DNA of 64,000 bases from Williopsis jadinii (Eukaryota): positions 992,001-1,056,000 of the forward strand of contig AP024664.1 of assembly GCA_024346625.1 (NCBI GenBank), read 5' to 3'. This document shows positions 20,659 to 30,691 of this stretch, piece after piece. The notes beneath the pieces were generated by a model. It worked only from the letters and a program-made list of their open reading frames with translations, was not told the origin of the DNA and did no database searches. Numbering within the stretch: position 1 is the stretch's first letter; the number at the start of each line of letters is the position of its first letter. Both the position numbers and the translations under genes were made by a program.

Positions 20659-21320
20659 GGTGGAATACTCTCTTGATCCAATTGAACACGCTAGGAAGGC
20701 ACAACAAGACAGAGCTGATACAACGGTTTCACCCTTTATGAGGCTTTTTCAAAGGGAAAGTTGAGGAATCCAAGATAGAACTGAACCCAAAAAAAAGAAG
20801 GCTAAGTATTGGCAGTTGTCTGTGCCAATTTTTCGTTTTCGCTCTTGCGCTGTCTAAGCGTTCGTTCTCGTTTTGGAAGTCTAACTGCGCCCTTTTGCGC
20901 GGTCAAAACGGCGTGCCTGTTCCCTTGCTGTGCTTCCACGCTTATGCGATTGAACCGAGATTTCCCCTTTGAGGTGGAGTTGCGCAAAAGACTCAAGGAG
21001 AATGTGCAAAGCACGAACTCCCCCCCCCCCGCGCCCAACGGAAAGCGCCAAAATCACCGAAAATCTCCCTCTGTCGTCCGTGAGAGAACGCCCCCTGTGC
21101 GTGTCCCAACCTCACCCTCTGCCTAGTTCCCCTAAGCCTCTCCTTCCAGCAAAAACACCCTCCCCTATCGTCGAGCTTACGCAGGGAGCAGGAGAGGCTC
21201 CCTCCGTCGGACCTTGCTTATTAAGCAATATAAGAAAAAAAAAGCACAGACACAGAAACAAGAAATCTTGTTTGTGTCCTCGTTTGTGTAAACATCAACA
21301 ACCATTGTTTACATTCAACA

Positions 21321-24300
21321 ATGGATGCGACGATGAACGAGGACAACACCGATGATGCTGAATATGTTGACCTCACGATTGACGACCAGTCGGCTGATGA
21401 TGGGGCGGTAACAGCTGACGGTAAGGAAGACGTTTTCGAACACGATGGACACTTGGATGGTGAAGATGAATTGGATCTGGCAAGCAATGTTGATGGTGAT
21501 GAGGATGTTGATATCGCTGATGTTGACGTGGCGGCTCGCGCTTTGCCAGGTATTGAAGAGCAGAGAAGCATCATTAAACAGTTGCAGGATGAAAACAGAG
21601 ACGCGTATGTGGAGGGCTGTCCTGTGAACGTGTTACCGCTGGCGTGGCTCGACACGTTCATCAGCGGTGACGTTGGTGATGAAGCGCTGGGGCCAATAAA
21701 CACACGAGGAATACGATCGGACTCGGGCGTGTTTTGCGATACGTCACACTATCCCTTGGCGCATGTCTTGCCACAGGTGTTTGACCAGTTGGTGTCGTGG
21801 TACGGGTTAGCTGCGGGCTGCCAACCGATAACGACGTATATGATTGATAACAATGGTCAATTGGAGCCGGAATACTGTAGACCAATATTCCAATTACATC
21901 ACTTGGTGTTGAATGCGCCGCAATATATATCGTATGCGCAGGTGCCTACGTTGACCGTTTCACAGTTCAACACCTGTCAAGAGTTGATACAGATGTGCAT
22001 ACACGTGTTGGATGGCCGTGAGAAGCTATCACACTCCCCAGACTTCCACGACTTCAAGTTTAGAGTATGGGTTATTGAGGATCCGAACATACACTCGCTG
22101 AACTACCAACTTACCCCAACAACGTTTTTATCGTTAAGCACGAAAGTGTTGATAACGGGGAAATTCTTCCAAGCGTTAATCAAAGACACCGGACTTCGAG
22201 TGGGACATTTGGTTATTGAACAGAAACAGTCCATCGCCATGGGTAAATCTAAACAGCTGAAGTGTTGGCCTGCAAATTACATGGTTCACTTCCCACCAAC
22301 TCCATCTAACGGCTGTGTCGGTTTACAAAACTTGGGGAATACCTGTTACATGAACTCGGCATTGCAGTGCCTAGTACATATCCCTGAATTGACACAGTAC
22401 TTCTTATTCAACAGTTACTGCAATGAAATCAACGAAAATAACCCTTTGGGAATGGATGGAAGAGTGGCACGTGCATTTGGAGATTTGATCCACCATCTAT
22501 TTGATAAAAAACCATCGCACTCAAGCTTTTATACCCCAAGGGATTTCAAACAGGTTATCGGACATTACAACAGCATGTTCTCTGGTTATCATCAACAAGA
22601 TTCTCAAGAATTTTTGGCATTCTTATTAGATGGATTGCACGAAGATTTGAACAGAATTATTAAAAAACCAATAACGGAAAATGTTGAACTTGATGAAAAC
22701 GATGCTGCCAATATAGAAAAGGTTAAAGAACTAGCAGTGACAAGCTGGCACAATCATAAACTTCGTAACGATTCCGTGATCATTGATTTGTTCGTTGGAT
22801 TGTACAAATCAACGTTGGAGTGCCCGTCCTGTGGTAAGATCTCCATTACTTTTGATCCCTTTAATGATTTGACATTACCATTACCAGTGGATAATTTTTG
22901 GTCTGGCTCTATCGACTTATTCCTTGAAGATGGGAACTTAAAATCCTTCCAGTTGGAGTTACCAAAGACCGCAACGTACCAAACTTTGAAGTCATACGTC
23001 GCTTCAAAATTGCAACTCAAGTCTGAACACTTGTTTACCGCAGAAATTTGGAATCACCAATTCTATAGGAATCTTGAGGACTCAGAATCACGCTCTGGTT
23101 ATCTACCAATTTCAGATTTAATCACAAGTGGCGATAAGATGATCATGTACGAGGTGAAACACAAAGAAGGAGATTTGATTGTTCCTGTACTCAATACTGT
23201 CAAACCACCGACCAACTCGCCAGATGCATTTGGGGTTCCTTTCTTCATTTCCCTTGACGAAAAGGAAAGACGTTCGTTTGGTGCTATAAGAAAAAAAATT
23301 GAACACCGTTATGAACAACTAAGTACATTCAAGTACTTTTCAACCGTTCGTGGAAATCAAGACGATAAGTTATTTAACAAAGCTGATTTCCCCCTCATTA
23401 AATCGGATGAAAGTGTTTCAGATGACTCTGAATCTATTGTTTCAATGGCAAACCCAGAAATTTCGGGGGATTACGCCTTCACTATAAAGATATTCGACTC
23501 GTCTAAGGAAATCAAGTCTAGAAGAAGAAATATGGGCCATTATAGACCTTCCCCAGTTGCTTCTTGTAATGAAAAGGTGTGGACTCCATCAACTAACAAC
23601 AACTTCACAAATTTACCTGATTTGCTTGATTTGTTACCGGAGCAGAAGAAGGTGTATTATACTTATGCTCGGAAGCTGGATATTGATACAACAACGGGCT
23701 CAGAAGAGTCTAATGATGTTGATGTAATGGATGCCAGTGAAACGTTGGATCAGTCCAAACTACCTGGTGATCTCAATATTGAAAGTGTGATCGGTACTAA
23801 TGATGGTGGTGTCAATACGCCTTTGACAGACTCTTCACTGGATATAAATATTGAGCCTCTGACTGTAGATATTCCAGAAACATCAGAAAACACGCATGGA
23901 AATGTTGTCGGCACTACAGTAACGGTAACAGATCTTGTTTCACCAAAGCAAGCGTTAATCTGTGAATGGGACCCAGACAACTTTGATGCATTTTTCTCAG
24001 GCTTAGATGATGAAGGAGAAGGTGGTAAGGAAACCTGGACCACACCAGAGGTGTTGGTAAATGAAGAGGTTGTCGAATCACAACGTCAACGAGAAGAACA
24101 GAAAAATAAGAAATTAACACTTGACCAATGTCTCAAGTTATTCTCAAAACCCGAAGTTTTGGGTGAGCATGATCTATGGTATTGTTCAAGATGTAAAGAG
24201 CATCGTCAAGCTACAAAGCAAATCCAGATATGGTCTACACCGGATATCTTAACCATTCATCTAAAGCGTTTTGAAAACCAGAGAAGCTTCAGTGATAAAA

Positions 24301-25097
24301 TCGATGCCGTTGTTGATTTCCCAATTGAAGGTTTGGATATGTCACAATATCTTGCATGTCCCGCGGAGGATCAAGCCGGCATGATCTACGATTTATTTGC
24401 TGTTGATAATCACTATGGTGGTATCGGAGGTGGCCATTACACTTCGTATGTCAAGAACTTTGTTGATAATAAGTGGTATTATTATGACGATTCTCATGTT
24501 CGTGTTAGCTCGCCGGACAATGCCATCAGCGGGGCTGCGTACTTACTCTTTTACAGAAGACGTTCTAATGGGTTCCTGGGCGGTGAAAATCTGTCAGCTA
24601 TGCTGGAGAAGTCTAGAGACCAGTATGAAGATAACGAAAAACTCAAACTAAGTGAGCTGGAGAAAGTTTTCAATCAAACAGAGGAGGACGATGATGACAA
24701 TGACGACGATGAGGAGGAGGAGGAAGAAGAAGAAGAACGCGCGAGTGAAAGGAGTGCAGGGTCTGCTAACGACAGTGCCGACGGCAAGGCTAACCTAAGC
24801 AGTTCTTCAGAAAGTTTTGATACTGCTAACGGCACCACTTTGAAGATTCAAACAGATGCTGTTGGTGGAGATGACTCATCTGATAATATCTCGAGCATAC
24901 CAGTGGGTACAGATGACGAGGAAGATTTGTCCAATTATCGTCGAAAGCAAAGACTCTTGAGTCGTGGCATCAAGTTCCCACTTGTCGATACTGACTCGCC
25001 GGCTGTAGGATCGCCGACCTCCAATGTGTCTGATGATGACTCTTCAACGTACAGTTCCCACGTTACTGTTCCATCTACGATACGTCATCCATTATGA
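21321..25097 (+). CDS. UBP12: Ubiquitin C-terminal hydrolase Ubp12 (USP4/15-like)
   Basis: Cys box GLQNLGNTCYMNSALQCL, QQDSQEFL, HLKRF, His box NHYGGIGGGHY; DUSP-like N-terminus. Confidence 0.92.
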   Translation: MDATMNEDNTDDAEYVDLTIDDQSADDGAVTADGKEDVFEHDGHLDGEDELDLASNVDGDEDVDIADVDVAARALPGIEEQRSIIKQLQDENRDAYVEGCPVNVLPLAWLDTFISGDVGDEALGPINTRGIRSDSGVFCDTSHYPLAHVLPQVFDQLVSWYGLAAGCQPITTYMIDNNGQLEPEYCRPIFQLHHLVLNAPQYISYAQVPTLTVSQFNTCQELIQMCIHVLDGREKLSHSPDFHDFKFRVWVIEDPNIHSLNYQLTPTTFLSLSTKVLITGKFFQALIKDTGLRVGHLVIEQKQSIAMGKSKQLKCWPANYMVHFPPTPSNGCVGLQNLGNTCYMNSALQCLVHIPELTQYFLFNSYCNEINENNPLGMDGRVARAFGDLIHHLFDKKPSHSSFYTPRDFKQVIGHYNSMFSGYHQQDSQEFLAFLLDGLHEDLNRIIKKPITENVELDENDAANIEKVKELAVTSWHNHKLRNDSVIIDLFVGLYKSTLECPSCGKISITFDPFNDLTLPLPVDNFWSGSIDLFLEDGNLKSFQLELPKTATYQTLKSYVASKLQLKSEHLFTAEIWNHQFYRNLEDSESRSGYLPISDLITSGDKMIMYEVKHKEGDLIVPVLNTVKPPTNSPDAFGVPFFISLDEKERRSFGAIRKKIEHRYEQLSTFKYFSTVRGNQDDKLFNKADFPLIKSDESVSDDSESIVSMANPEISGDYAFTIKIFDSSKEIKSRRRNMGHYRPSPVASCNEKVWTPSTNNNFTNLPDLLDLLPEQKKVYYTYARKLDIDTTTGSEESNDVDVMDASETLDQSKLPGDLNIESVIGTNDGGVNTPLTDSSLDINIEPLTVDIPETSENTHGNVVGTTVTVTDLVSPKQALICEWDPDNFDAFFSGLDDEGEGGKETWTTPEVLVNEEVVESQRQREEQKNKKLTLDQCLKLFSKPEVLGEHDLWYCSRCKEHRQATKQIQIWSTPDILTIHLKRFENQRSFSDKIDAVVDFPIEGLDMSQYLACPAEDQAGMIYDLFAVDNHYGGIGGGHYTSYVKNFVDNKWYYYDDSHVRVSSPDNAISGAAYLLFYRRRSNGFLGGENLSAMLEKSRDQYEDNEKLKLSELEKVFNQTEEDDDDNDDDEEEEEEEEERASERSAGSANDSADGKANLSSSSESFDTANGTTLKIQTDAVGGDDSSDNISSIPVGTDDEEDLSNYRRKQRLLSRGIKFPLVDTDSPAVGSPTSNVSDDDSSTYSSHVTVPSTIRHPL

Positions 25098-25143
25098 GAA
25101 GACAATATGTATACATACTCTATGGATGTGTTTTGTATCTTTT

Positions 25144-26127
25144 TCAAGATTTGAACAACAGTTCAACTTCAGCGAAAGATGGGATACTGTTTGAAGCACC
25201 TTTCTTTTGGATCGCCAGTGAAGAAGCCAATGCTGCGAATTTCAAAGCTCTGTACGGATCTCTTGCACTGATTAATTGAGTTACAAAAGCACCTAGAAAG
25301 GTATCACCTGCGCCCGTTGTATCAACAACGTTATCAACTTTTACTGCTTCAGTGAATCCCATTGTATCTCTTGAACGGAATAGAGATCCATAAGTTCCAA
25401 GGGTTATCACTATAGTGGCCTCGTTTTTCTGATTAAGGAGAGGTTGTAGTTTCAAAGATAATTGCTTGTAACCTTCCACTATGTCATCAGCTATAAGCGT
25501 CTCGTAGTTGCTCAACTCCTCCTTGGCAAGGATATCCTGTGCAATTGAAAGGCACTCGCCTTCATTCACAATCAAAATGTCCACCAGTGGTGTCAGCTTA
25601 GAACTGAAGGAGTAATAAGGCGAGGGATTATAGACAATCGAAGCGTTGGGTCTATTCTTAGAGAGCCATTCTATGGTATACTCCGTTCCTTTGATTTCAT
25701 TCTGAAAGACAACTACTTGTTTATCATGTGTAAACAATTGGTGCAATTCCTCATCCGTGTAAGAAGCTTGTCCATTGGCACCCGGTGTTATAAGGATACG
25801 GTTCTCACCTGTGCTCCGTTCCACAATGATGACAGCAACGCCCGAAGAAACGCCGCTAAGGACACCAACCTGCGATACATCGACATCGTACGACTTCAAG
25901 GTATCAATCAAGTCCTTCCCAAACGTATCATCGCCAACTTTACCAACCATTCTGACGGCATCGCCAGCCTGGGCTTGTCTCGCCAGCGAAACCGTCTGGT
26001 TCAGTCCCTTACCACCAACATGAGTTTCGAACGAATCACCTTTAAAAGTCTCACCAGCCTTGGGGACTCTCTCCGTGTATGAGACAAGATCGTAGTTCAG
26101 AGAGCCGACAACCGTGAACAACACCAT
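25144..26127 (-). CDS. RBK1: Ribokinase
   Basis: VVGSLNYDLV, GGKGLNQ, DTTGAGDTF (PfkB signatures). ATG at 26127. Confidence 0.93.
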   Translation of the reverse strand: MVLFTVVGSLNYDLVSYTERVPKAGETFKGDSFETHVGGKGLNQTVSLARQAQAGDAVRMVGKVGDDTFGKDLIDTLKSYDVDVSQVGVLSGVSSGVAVIIVERSTGENRILITPGANGQASYTDEELHQLFTHDKQVVVFQNEIKGTEYTIEWLSKNRPNASIVYNPSPYYSFSSKLTPLVDILIVNEGECLSIAQDILAKEELSNYETLIADDIVEGYKQLSLKLQPLLNQKNEATIVITLGTYGSLFRSRDTMGFTEAVKVDNVVDTTGAGDTFLGAFVTQLISARDPYRALKFAALASSLAIQKKGASNSIPSFAEVELLFKS

Positions 26128-26259
26128 TTTGCTCCTGGTTTCCAGTGCTGAGATGTTAGGAAAGTATTTCCAGCTGCCTGGTCTTAGTGCGGTTTTCGCA
26201 GTCTGCCTAGGAAGAGAAGCCCAGGCAGAGAGGCCCAGGCAGAGCGGCCCACCGGGGGA

Positions 26260-26267
26260 GCTCATCG
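26260..26267. promoter_or_regulatory. PAC element (GCTCATCG / CGATGAGC)
   Basis: Ribosome-biogenesis motif about 120 bp upstream of RRP43. Confidence 0.55.
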
Positions 26268-26384
26268 GGGAGGAAAAAGAAAATTCTTTCTGATCGAGCG
26301 AGGGCCATGAAGGCAGCAAGGCAACGCTATCTAAAGAGAAAGGAGCTCTAAGGGGGAAACTAACAGACGAAAGGAATCGACAGA

Positions 26385-27515
26385 ATGGCAGAAATCGAAC
26401 CAATCACCTTCCCACCAGCTGTGCTCGCAAGAGTCTCTCCCGAGCTATCACTACAGAGACATCTAGCCATTGGAATACGTCCGTGTCTGAGAACATTTGA
26501 AGAGTTCAGAGCTGTTGAGTGCACTGCTGGGGGGCTCAGCAGATACTCTGAAGAGTCTGTTAAGGACTCTTCCGTGCTGGGATCGTCGTTGGTGAAGAAT
26601 GGCAAAACCACCGTGATATGTACGATCACAGGCGGTATCCTGGAGGAGGACTTGCCAGCTGAAGTGGTGAACGAGGATGCTGAGGCTGTCAACGCCATCT
26701 TTGCACCTGAAGCGATTGAAGAAGAAGCGAAGGAAGAGTTTGACTCGCTAGAATCAAACGCTGCTGTCTATCCAATAGTCGAGGTGGAGAGAGGAAGAAT
26801 AGGAGCGCCTACCGATGAAGAGATGATCCTGGGACAGAGGCTCTATGAGACTTTGTTGCACTCTGGCATCATCTCGAAGGATTCTCTAAACGTCAGGGTT
26901 GGACTACGAAGCGTCGAGGAAGACGGAAAGGTTGTCATCACGTACTTTGACGACTCTGAGATTGGCTCAGAGCTCGGTCCAAAGAGGAAATGGCAGTACG
27001 TGTTGTATGCCAAGGTGAAAGTGTTCAGTCGTTCCGGTCCACTGTTTGAGTTGGTGTGGTATTCTCTGTTACAAGCTCTGAAGAACACGAAGCTTCCAAG
27101 GGCTTATATTGATGAGAACGCTGCTGACATCAAGATCCCGGTAAAGATCAGAGGGAACTTTGCTACAGTTAGAGAACAGTACCAGATTATATGTGATCCT
27201 TTAGAACATGATAGCCTCATTTTGAACGAAGCAGCACTTGGATACGCATCCAACTTCTGTATCATTGATATTGATGAAGAGTCGAGAGAGACTGTTGAAC
27301 CAGAGGATCAATCCATGGAGGTTGACTCAAGATCAGTGCTTTTAGCGGATGTCGAAGGGGAAGAGGAAGAGGCATCCTCTAAAAAGACCTTGTCGATTGT
27401 AGTGGATAACAAGGGTGAAGAGCTCAAATCCGTAACGATATCTGGAGCTGTTGACAACGACCAGCTGAAGCGTGCTTTGGAATTGGCTAGACTAAGATCT
27501 AAACAATTGCTTTAA
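26385..27515 (+). CDS. RRP43: Exosome core subunit Rrp43
   Basis: PITFPPAVLARVSPELSLQRHLAIGIRPCLR, VYPIVEVERGR, VFSRSGPLF. Confidence 0.92.
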   Translation: MAEIEPITFPPAVLARVSPELSLQRHLAIGIRPCLRTFEEFRAVECTAGGLSRYSEESVKDSSVLGSSLVKNGKTTVICTITGGILEEDLPAEVVNEDAEAVNAIFAPEAIEEEAKEEFDSLESNAAVYPIVEVERGRIGAPTDEEMILGQRLYETLLHSGIISKDSLNVRVGLRSVEEDGKVVITYFDDSEIGSELGPKRKWQYVLYAKVKVFSRSGPLFELVWYSLLQALKNTKLPRAYIDENAADIKIPVKIRGNFATVREQYQIICDPLEHDSLILNEAALGYASNFCIIDIDEESRETVEPEDQSMEVDSRSVLLADVEGEEEEASSKKTLSIVVDNKGEELKSVTISGAVDNDQLKRALELARLRSKQLL

Positions 27516-27663
27516 TTGTGTGTACTGTGACAATGTATTACAAATTCTAAAGGAAATATAAAGTATACATCTTGTTTCATAATCATTACCAAAAAGAGAG
27601 AGAAGAAACTGAATATTCTTCTGGTATTATAACCGTTATCATGATGTGTAGAGATTTCTTTGC

Positions 27664-28662
27664 TTATGCCTTTCTTCTTCTCAAGTTTGTTGGAGCTGGA
27701 GATGGAGATGGAGTGACAACGTTCTTCACGTCAACTTGGACGTACTCGTTGATCTTGTTACCAAAACCATCGACTCTCTTCAATACTCTGGCCTTTTTAC
27801 CCTTTGTGATGTAGATTTCAATGTAGAACAGCACAAACAACACTAGGTAGGAAGAAATGATGGCAACACCTGCCCATGTGGCCAATGTGGTACCGACACA
27901 ATCGATGCACTGAGTTTCAGAGCAACCAAAGAGACCCCAATCGTGTTTAAGCTTGATGAAGGATGCGTAGTAGATGAATGTGAGGTCCAGGATGAACTGG
28001 ATGATTTGGAAGTTTGTGATCCACTGCTTCCACCAGACTCTGATACCTCTGGCAGCCAAGAAGTAGTACCAGTACATGACGACATGCACACCCAAGTTCA
28101 ACGAGATAGGGACCCACGAAATGGAGGTCTTACCGGTGAGTTGCGTGTAGCACAAGAGCGCAGTCGCACCGTGGTGATACGAGTGGAGGAAGATGATTTT
28201 CTTTCTCTTCACAACGAGGAACAGCGTGTCGACAAACTCCAAGTACTTTGTCAAGTAGTTCAGGTAGTAGAGCGTAACCAGCTCCTGCGTCCACGCCTTC
28301 TGGTTGCAGATGGCGTAGAACACGCCATGGTGATACACGATTGGCACGAGCTGCTCCACCATCAACACCAGCAATGTCCCGGAGATGAGCGTCAGCACCA
28401 AGTTGTGCAACTGGAACGGGTAGTTCAGCTTCCACGCCGGCCAGTTGTACCTGTTGAAGCAGTACTGGCCACCAAAGATCAACGTGTAGTACAGAACGAT
28501 GGTCAAAGCCACCGGCGGGAACGTCGACAGGAAAGTCTCTGCCTCGACGAACTCGAACGCGTCTGGGACAAAGCGTCCGCCAGTGACGAACGACACGGCC
28601 TCGTTGAACAGAGGCCACAGCTTCACACCAAACGGTGTTTCTATTGAGCAAGCGAAGGCCAT
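27664..28662 (-). CDS. ELO2: Fatty acid elongase (Elo2/Elo1 type)
   Basis: KYLEFVDT, FLHSYHH, HVVMYWYY; C-terminus INEYVQVDVKNVVTPSPSP is Elo2-like. ATG at 28662. Confidence 0.88.
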   Translation of the reverse strand: MAFACSIETPFGVKLWPLFNEAVSFVTGGRFVPDAFEFVEAETFLSTFPPVALTIVLYYTLIFGGQYCFNRYNWPAWKLNYPFQLHNLVLTLISGTLLVLMVEQLVPIVYHHGVFYAICNQKAWTQELVTLYYLNYLTKYLEFVDTLFLVVKRKKIIFLHSYHHGATALLCYTQLTGKTSISWVPISLNLGVHVVMYWYYFLAARGIRVWWKQWITNFQIIQFILDLTFIYYASFIKLKHDWGLFGCSETQCIDCVGTTLATWAGVAIISSYLVLFVLFYIEIYITKGKKARVLKRVDGFGNKINEYVQVDVKNVVTPSPSPAPTNLRRRKA

Positions 28663-28930
28663 CCTAACAGCAGCAGCAGACAGCGAACAACAAACAACGA
28701 CAACAGCAGCAGGAAGGGCAACTGGAGGTGGAGGACGAAAGATGAAGAAAGCAGAGGAAGGAAGTCTTTTCGAAAAGTAAACAGAAGTTGCCGACCGTGA
28801 GCGAGGAATAAAAAAAAGAAACCAAACGCGCTGGTCTCCTAAGAGACACGTTGGTAGGGGCACTAAATAGGGGCAGGAGGGGGAAACTCACAGGTGACGT
28901 TTCTTTTGCTGTAGAAAGTGGGATGGCCTC

Positions 28931-29027
28931 GGCTGTTTTAGGCTGTTTTAGGCTGTTTTAGGCAGTTTTAGGGGTGCTTTACGCTGTTTTAGGGCTGTTT
29001 TAGGGGTGCTTTCTGCTGTTTTGGGGG
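28931..29027. repeat. Degenerate 10-11 bp minisatellite (GGCTGTTTTA)n
   Basis: Three perfect units followed by about six variant units, upstream of ELO2. Confidence 0.9.
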
Positions 29028-29162
29028 TCGAAGGGGGTTTGTATCGTTCAATTGACCTCATCACATGCTCCACGCGGCCATTGCGTCAGTTGCGGTGGCC
29101 TTTTTGTCCTCCCCGTTGGGGTCCTCGGGGCGGCGTGAGGACGAGCTGGCCGGTGACCCATA

Positions 29163-29182
29163 TTACGTAAGCGCTTACGTAA
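29163..29182. promoter_or_regulatory. Perfect 20-bp palindrome with two TTACGTAA bZIP-type sites
   Basis: TTACGTAAGCGCTTACGTAA. The palindrome is certain; its function is inferred. Confidence 0.55.
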
Positions 29183-29454
29183 GCACTGCGATACGGGCAT
29201 TGTGAGGGTCGTCTGAGGTGGGACGGGAACCGTGTGGAGGCCTACGAACGCCGTTCATGATGCTGTGAGGTGTGCGGTCTCCAGGCCAATGGCTGGTTAG
29301 AGATGTGCCACACCGAGCGTGTCGTGTCTGGTGTGCAACGTCTGAGCTTTGGTGTCAGTGTAAGCGGTGTTATCTCCGGCTAATCTCCAGTAACTACGGC
29401 TAAGTCCGAAACGAATAACACTGTTGGCTAAGTCTAACGCTGGTGGTTCTATAT

Positions 29455-30405
29455 CTATACCTCTAGCACAAGGAAGTCCCTCTCGACTCTATGCATGAGC
29501 TTCATGGTCTGCTCCATGAACGTCAACGTCAGGATGGTGTGAGGTGCGATTCTCATCAGCTGAGCGAAGAAGCCCTTGTAGAGTGCACCAAAGCCTTCTA
29601 TCCTCACGGTCTTGACAAAACAGTCAACGACACCGGTGTAGTGGCTGCCACTTTGGTTGTACATTCTCGTCAGGATCACATCGCTCGGGTTCATGACCAC
29701 ACCAACACCGATACCGGCAAACGTGGACGAGATGAGGTGCAAGGAGTAACCTTCATCGACCAGATGGTGCTTGAGAAGGAAGTTCTTCACCCAGTTGTAG
29801 ATAGGCAATTGAACGGAGGACCCCATACCGGTTCTGATGATGGCAGCGTTGATGCCTCTGAACCATCCGGCAATACCTTCTTTCTTCCAGATCTGATACA
29901 GTCCGTCAAAGGTGCTCTTGTAATGGGTTTGGTCACCAACGGCAACCTTTTCAGAGTAACTCTGCATACGAGTCTTGATCAAGAATAGAGGCGAGCCAAT
30001 AACAGCACCTGCCATACCGGAAAGTGCACCTGCTACAACGTTAACAGGGATGGATTGGATTCTTGATGGGTCCTCTTCTTTCCTGAACAACACTCCGTTG
30101 AGCAAACGTCTAGTGGGCTCGTAGAGACCTAATCTACAACCGTTTAGGCCTAGTTGGTAGATATACGCACAGACAAGCCCCTTCTGTAGCCCTCGGACAC
30201 CTTCATTCTTAAAGATCGTGACCAAAGCCTGGAATGGATTTCTATACACCTTCTGTGATGACGCAGACAGCTCTCCTTGGAGTTGCATTCTTGTCTTGAC
30301 AAGTTCGATCGGGTTGGTGAACGTCACGGCTCCACATGCTGCGAGACCACCAGCGAGAAATCCTCCAAAAGTGGAAACCTTCTGGGCTGCTGACTTCTCC
30401 GACAT
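29455..30405 (-). CDS. OAC1: Mitochondrial oxaloacetate/sulfate/isopropylmalate carrier
   Basis: Three carrier repeats (NPIELVKTRMQ, SPLFLIKTRMQ, NPSDVILTRMY), RIAPHT. ATG at 30405. Confidence 0.92.
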   Translation of the reverse strand: MSEKSAAQKVSTFGGFLAGGLAACGAVTFTNPIELVKTRMQLQGELSASSQKVYRNPFQALVTIFKNEGVRGLQKGLVCAYIYQLGLNGCRLGLYEPTRRLLNGVLFRKEEDPSRIQSIPVNVVAGALSGMAGAVIGSPLFLIKTRMQSYSEKVAVGDQTHYKSTFDGLYQIWKKEGIAGWFRGINAAIIRTGMGSSVQLPIYNWVKNFLLKHHLVDEGYSLHLISSTFAGIGVGVVMNPSDVILTRMYNQSGSHYTGVVDCFVKTVRIEGFGALYKGFFAQLMRIAPHTILTLTFMEQTMKLMHRVERDFLVLEV

Positions 30406-30494
30406 TTCAATGACCTGATTCCTCTTGACAAGGCTTCCAAAGAACATGTAAAATACTCGAAGGTTATAATTTTTCACTTTTCCCAACCGCAGCC

Positions 30495-30504
30495 CCGGCA
30501 CCGG
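30495..30504. promoter_or_regulatory. Leu3 site CCGG-N2-CCGG
   Basis: CCGGCACCGG 90 bp upstream of OAC1, a Leu3 target in S. cerevisiae. Confidence 0.65.
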
Positions 30505-30691
30505 CGCATCGACTGTGCGCGTTTGGTGGTGATCGACAAAGAAGCGGCCCGGTTTACCGCGTAGCCTAGGCAACGACAACATTGTAAAAGCTTATACAAA
30601 CTACATTGATAACTACAACTGATGGAATCCGCCTCTTCCTGGTTGCTTTCCTTCGCTTTCTTGAATATTTGTCGTAAAATGCATATAGTCT

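Noticed and set aside
27943..28647. 234-aa plus-strand ORF and similar long antisense ORFs (7222-7734, 29491-29988)
   Set aside because: Antisense shadows of conserved genes caused by codon bias; no recognisable motifs.
25144..30582. Long N-terminal extensions of RBK1, ELO2 and OAC1 (also PEX30, PRP18, TRS65, SNX41) in the ORF track
   Set aside because: They start at TTG/GTG or other non-ATG codons and translate promoter sequence; homology begins at the first ATG.
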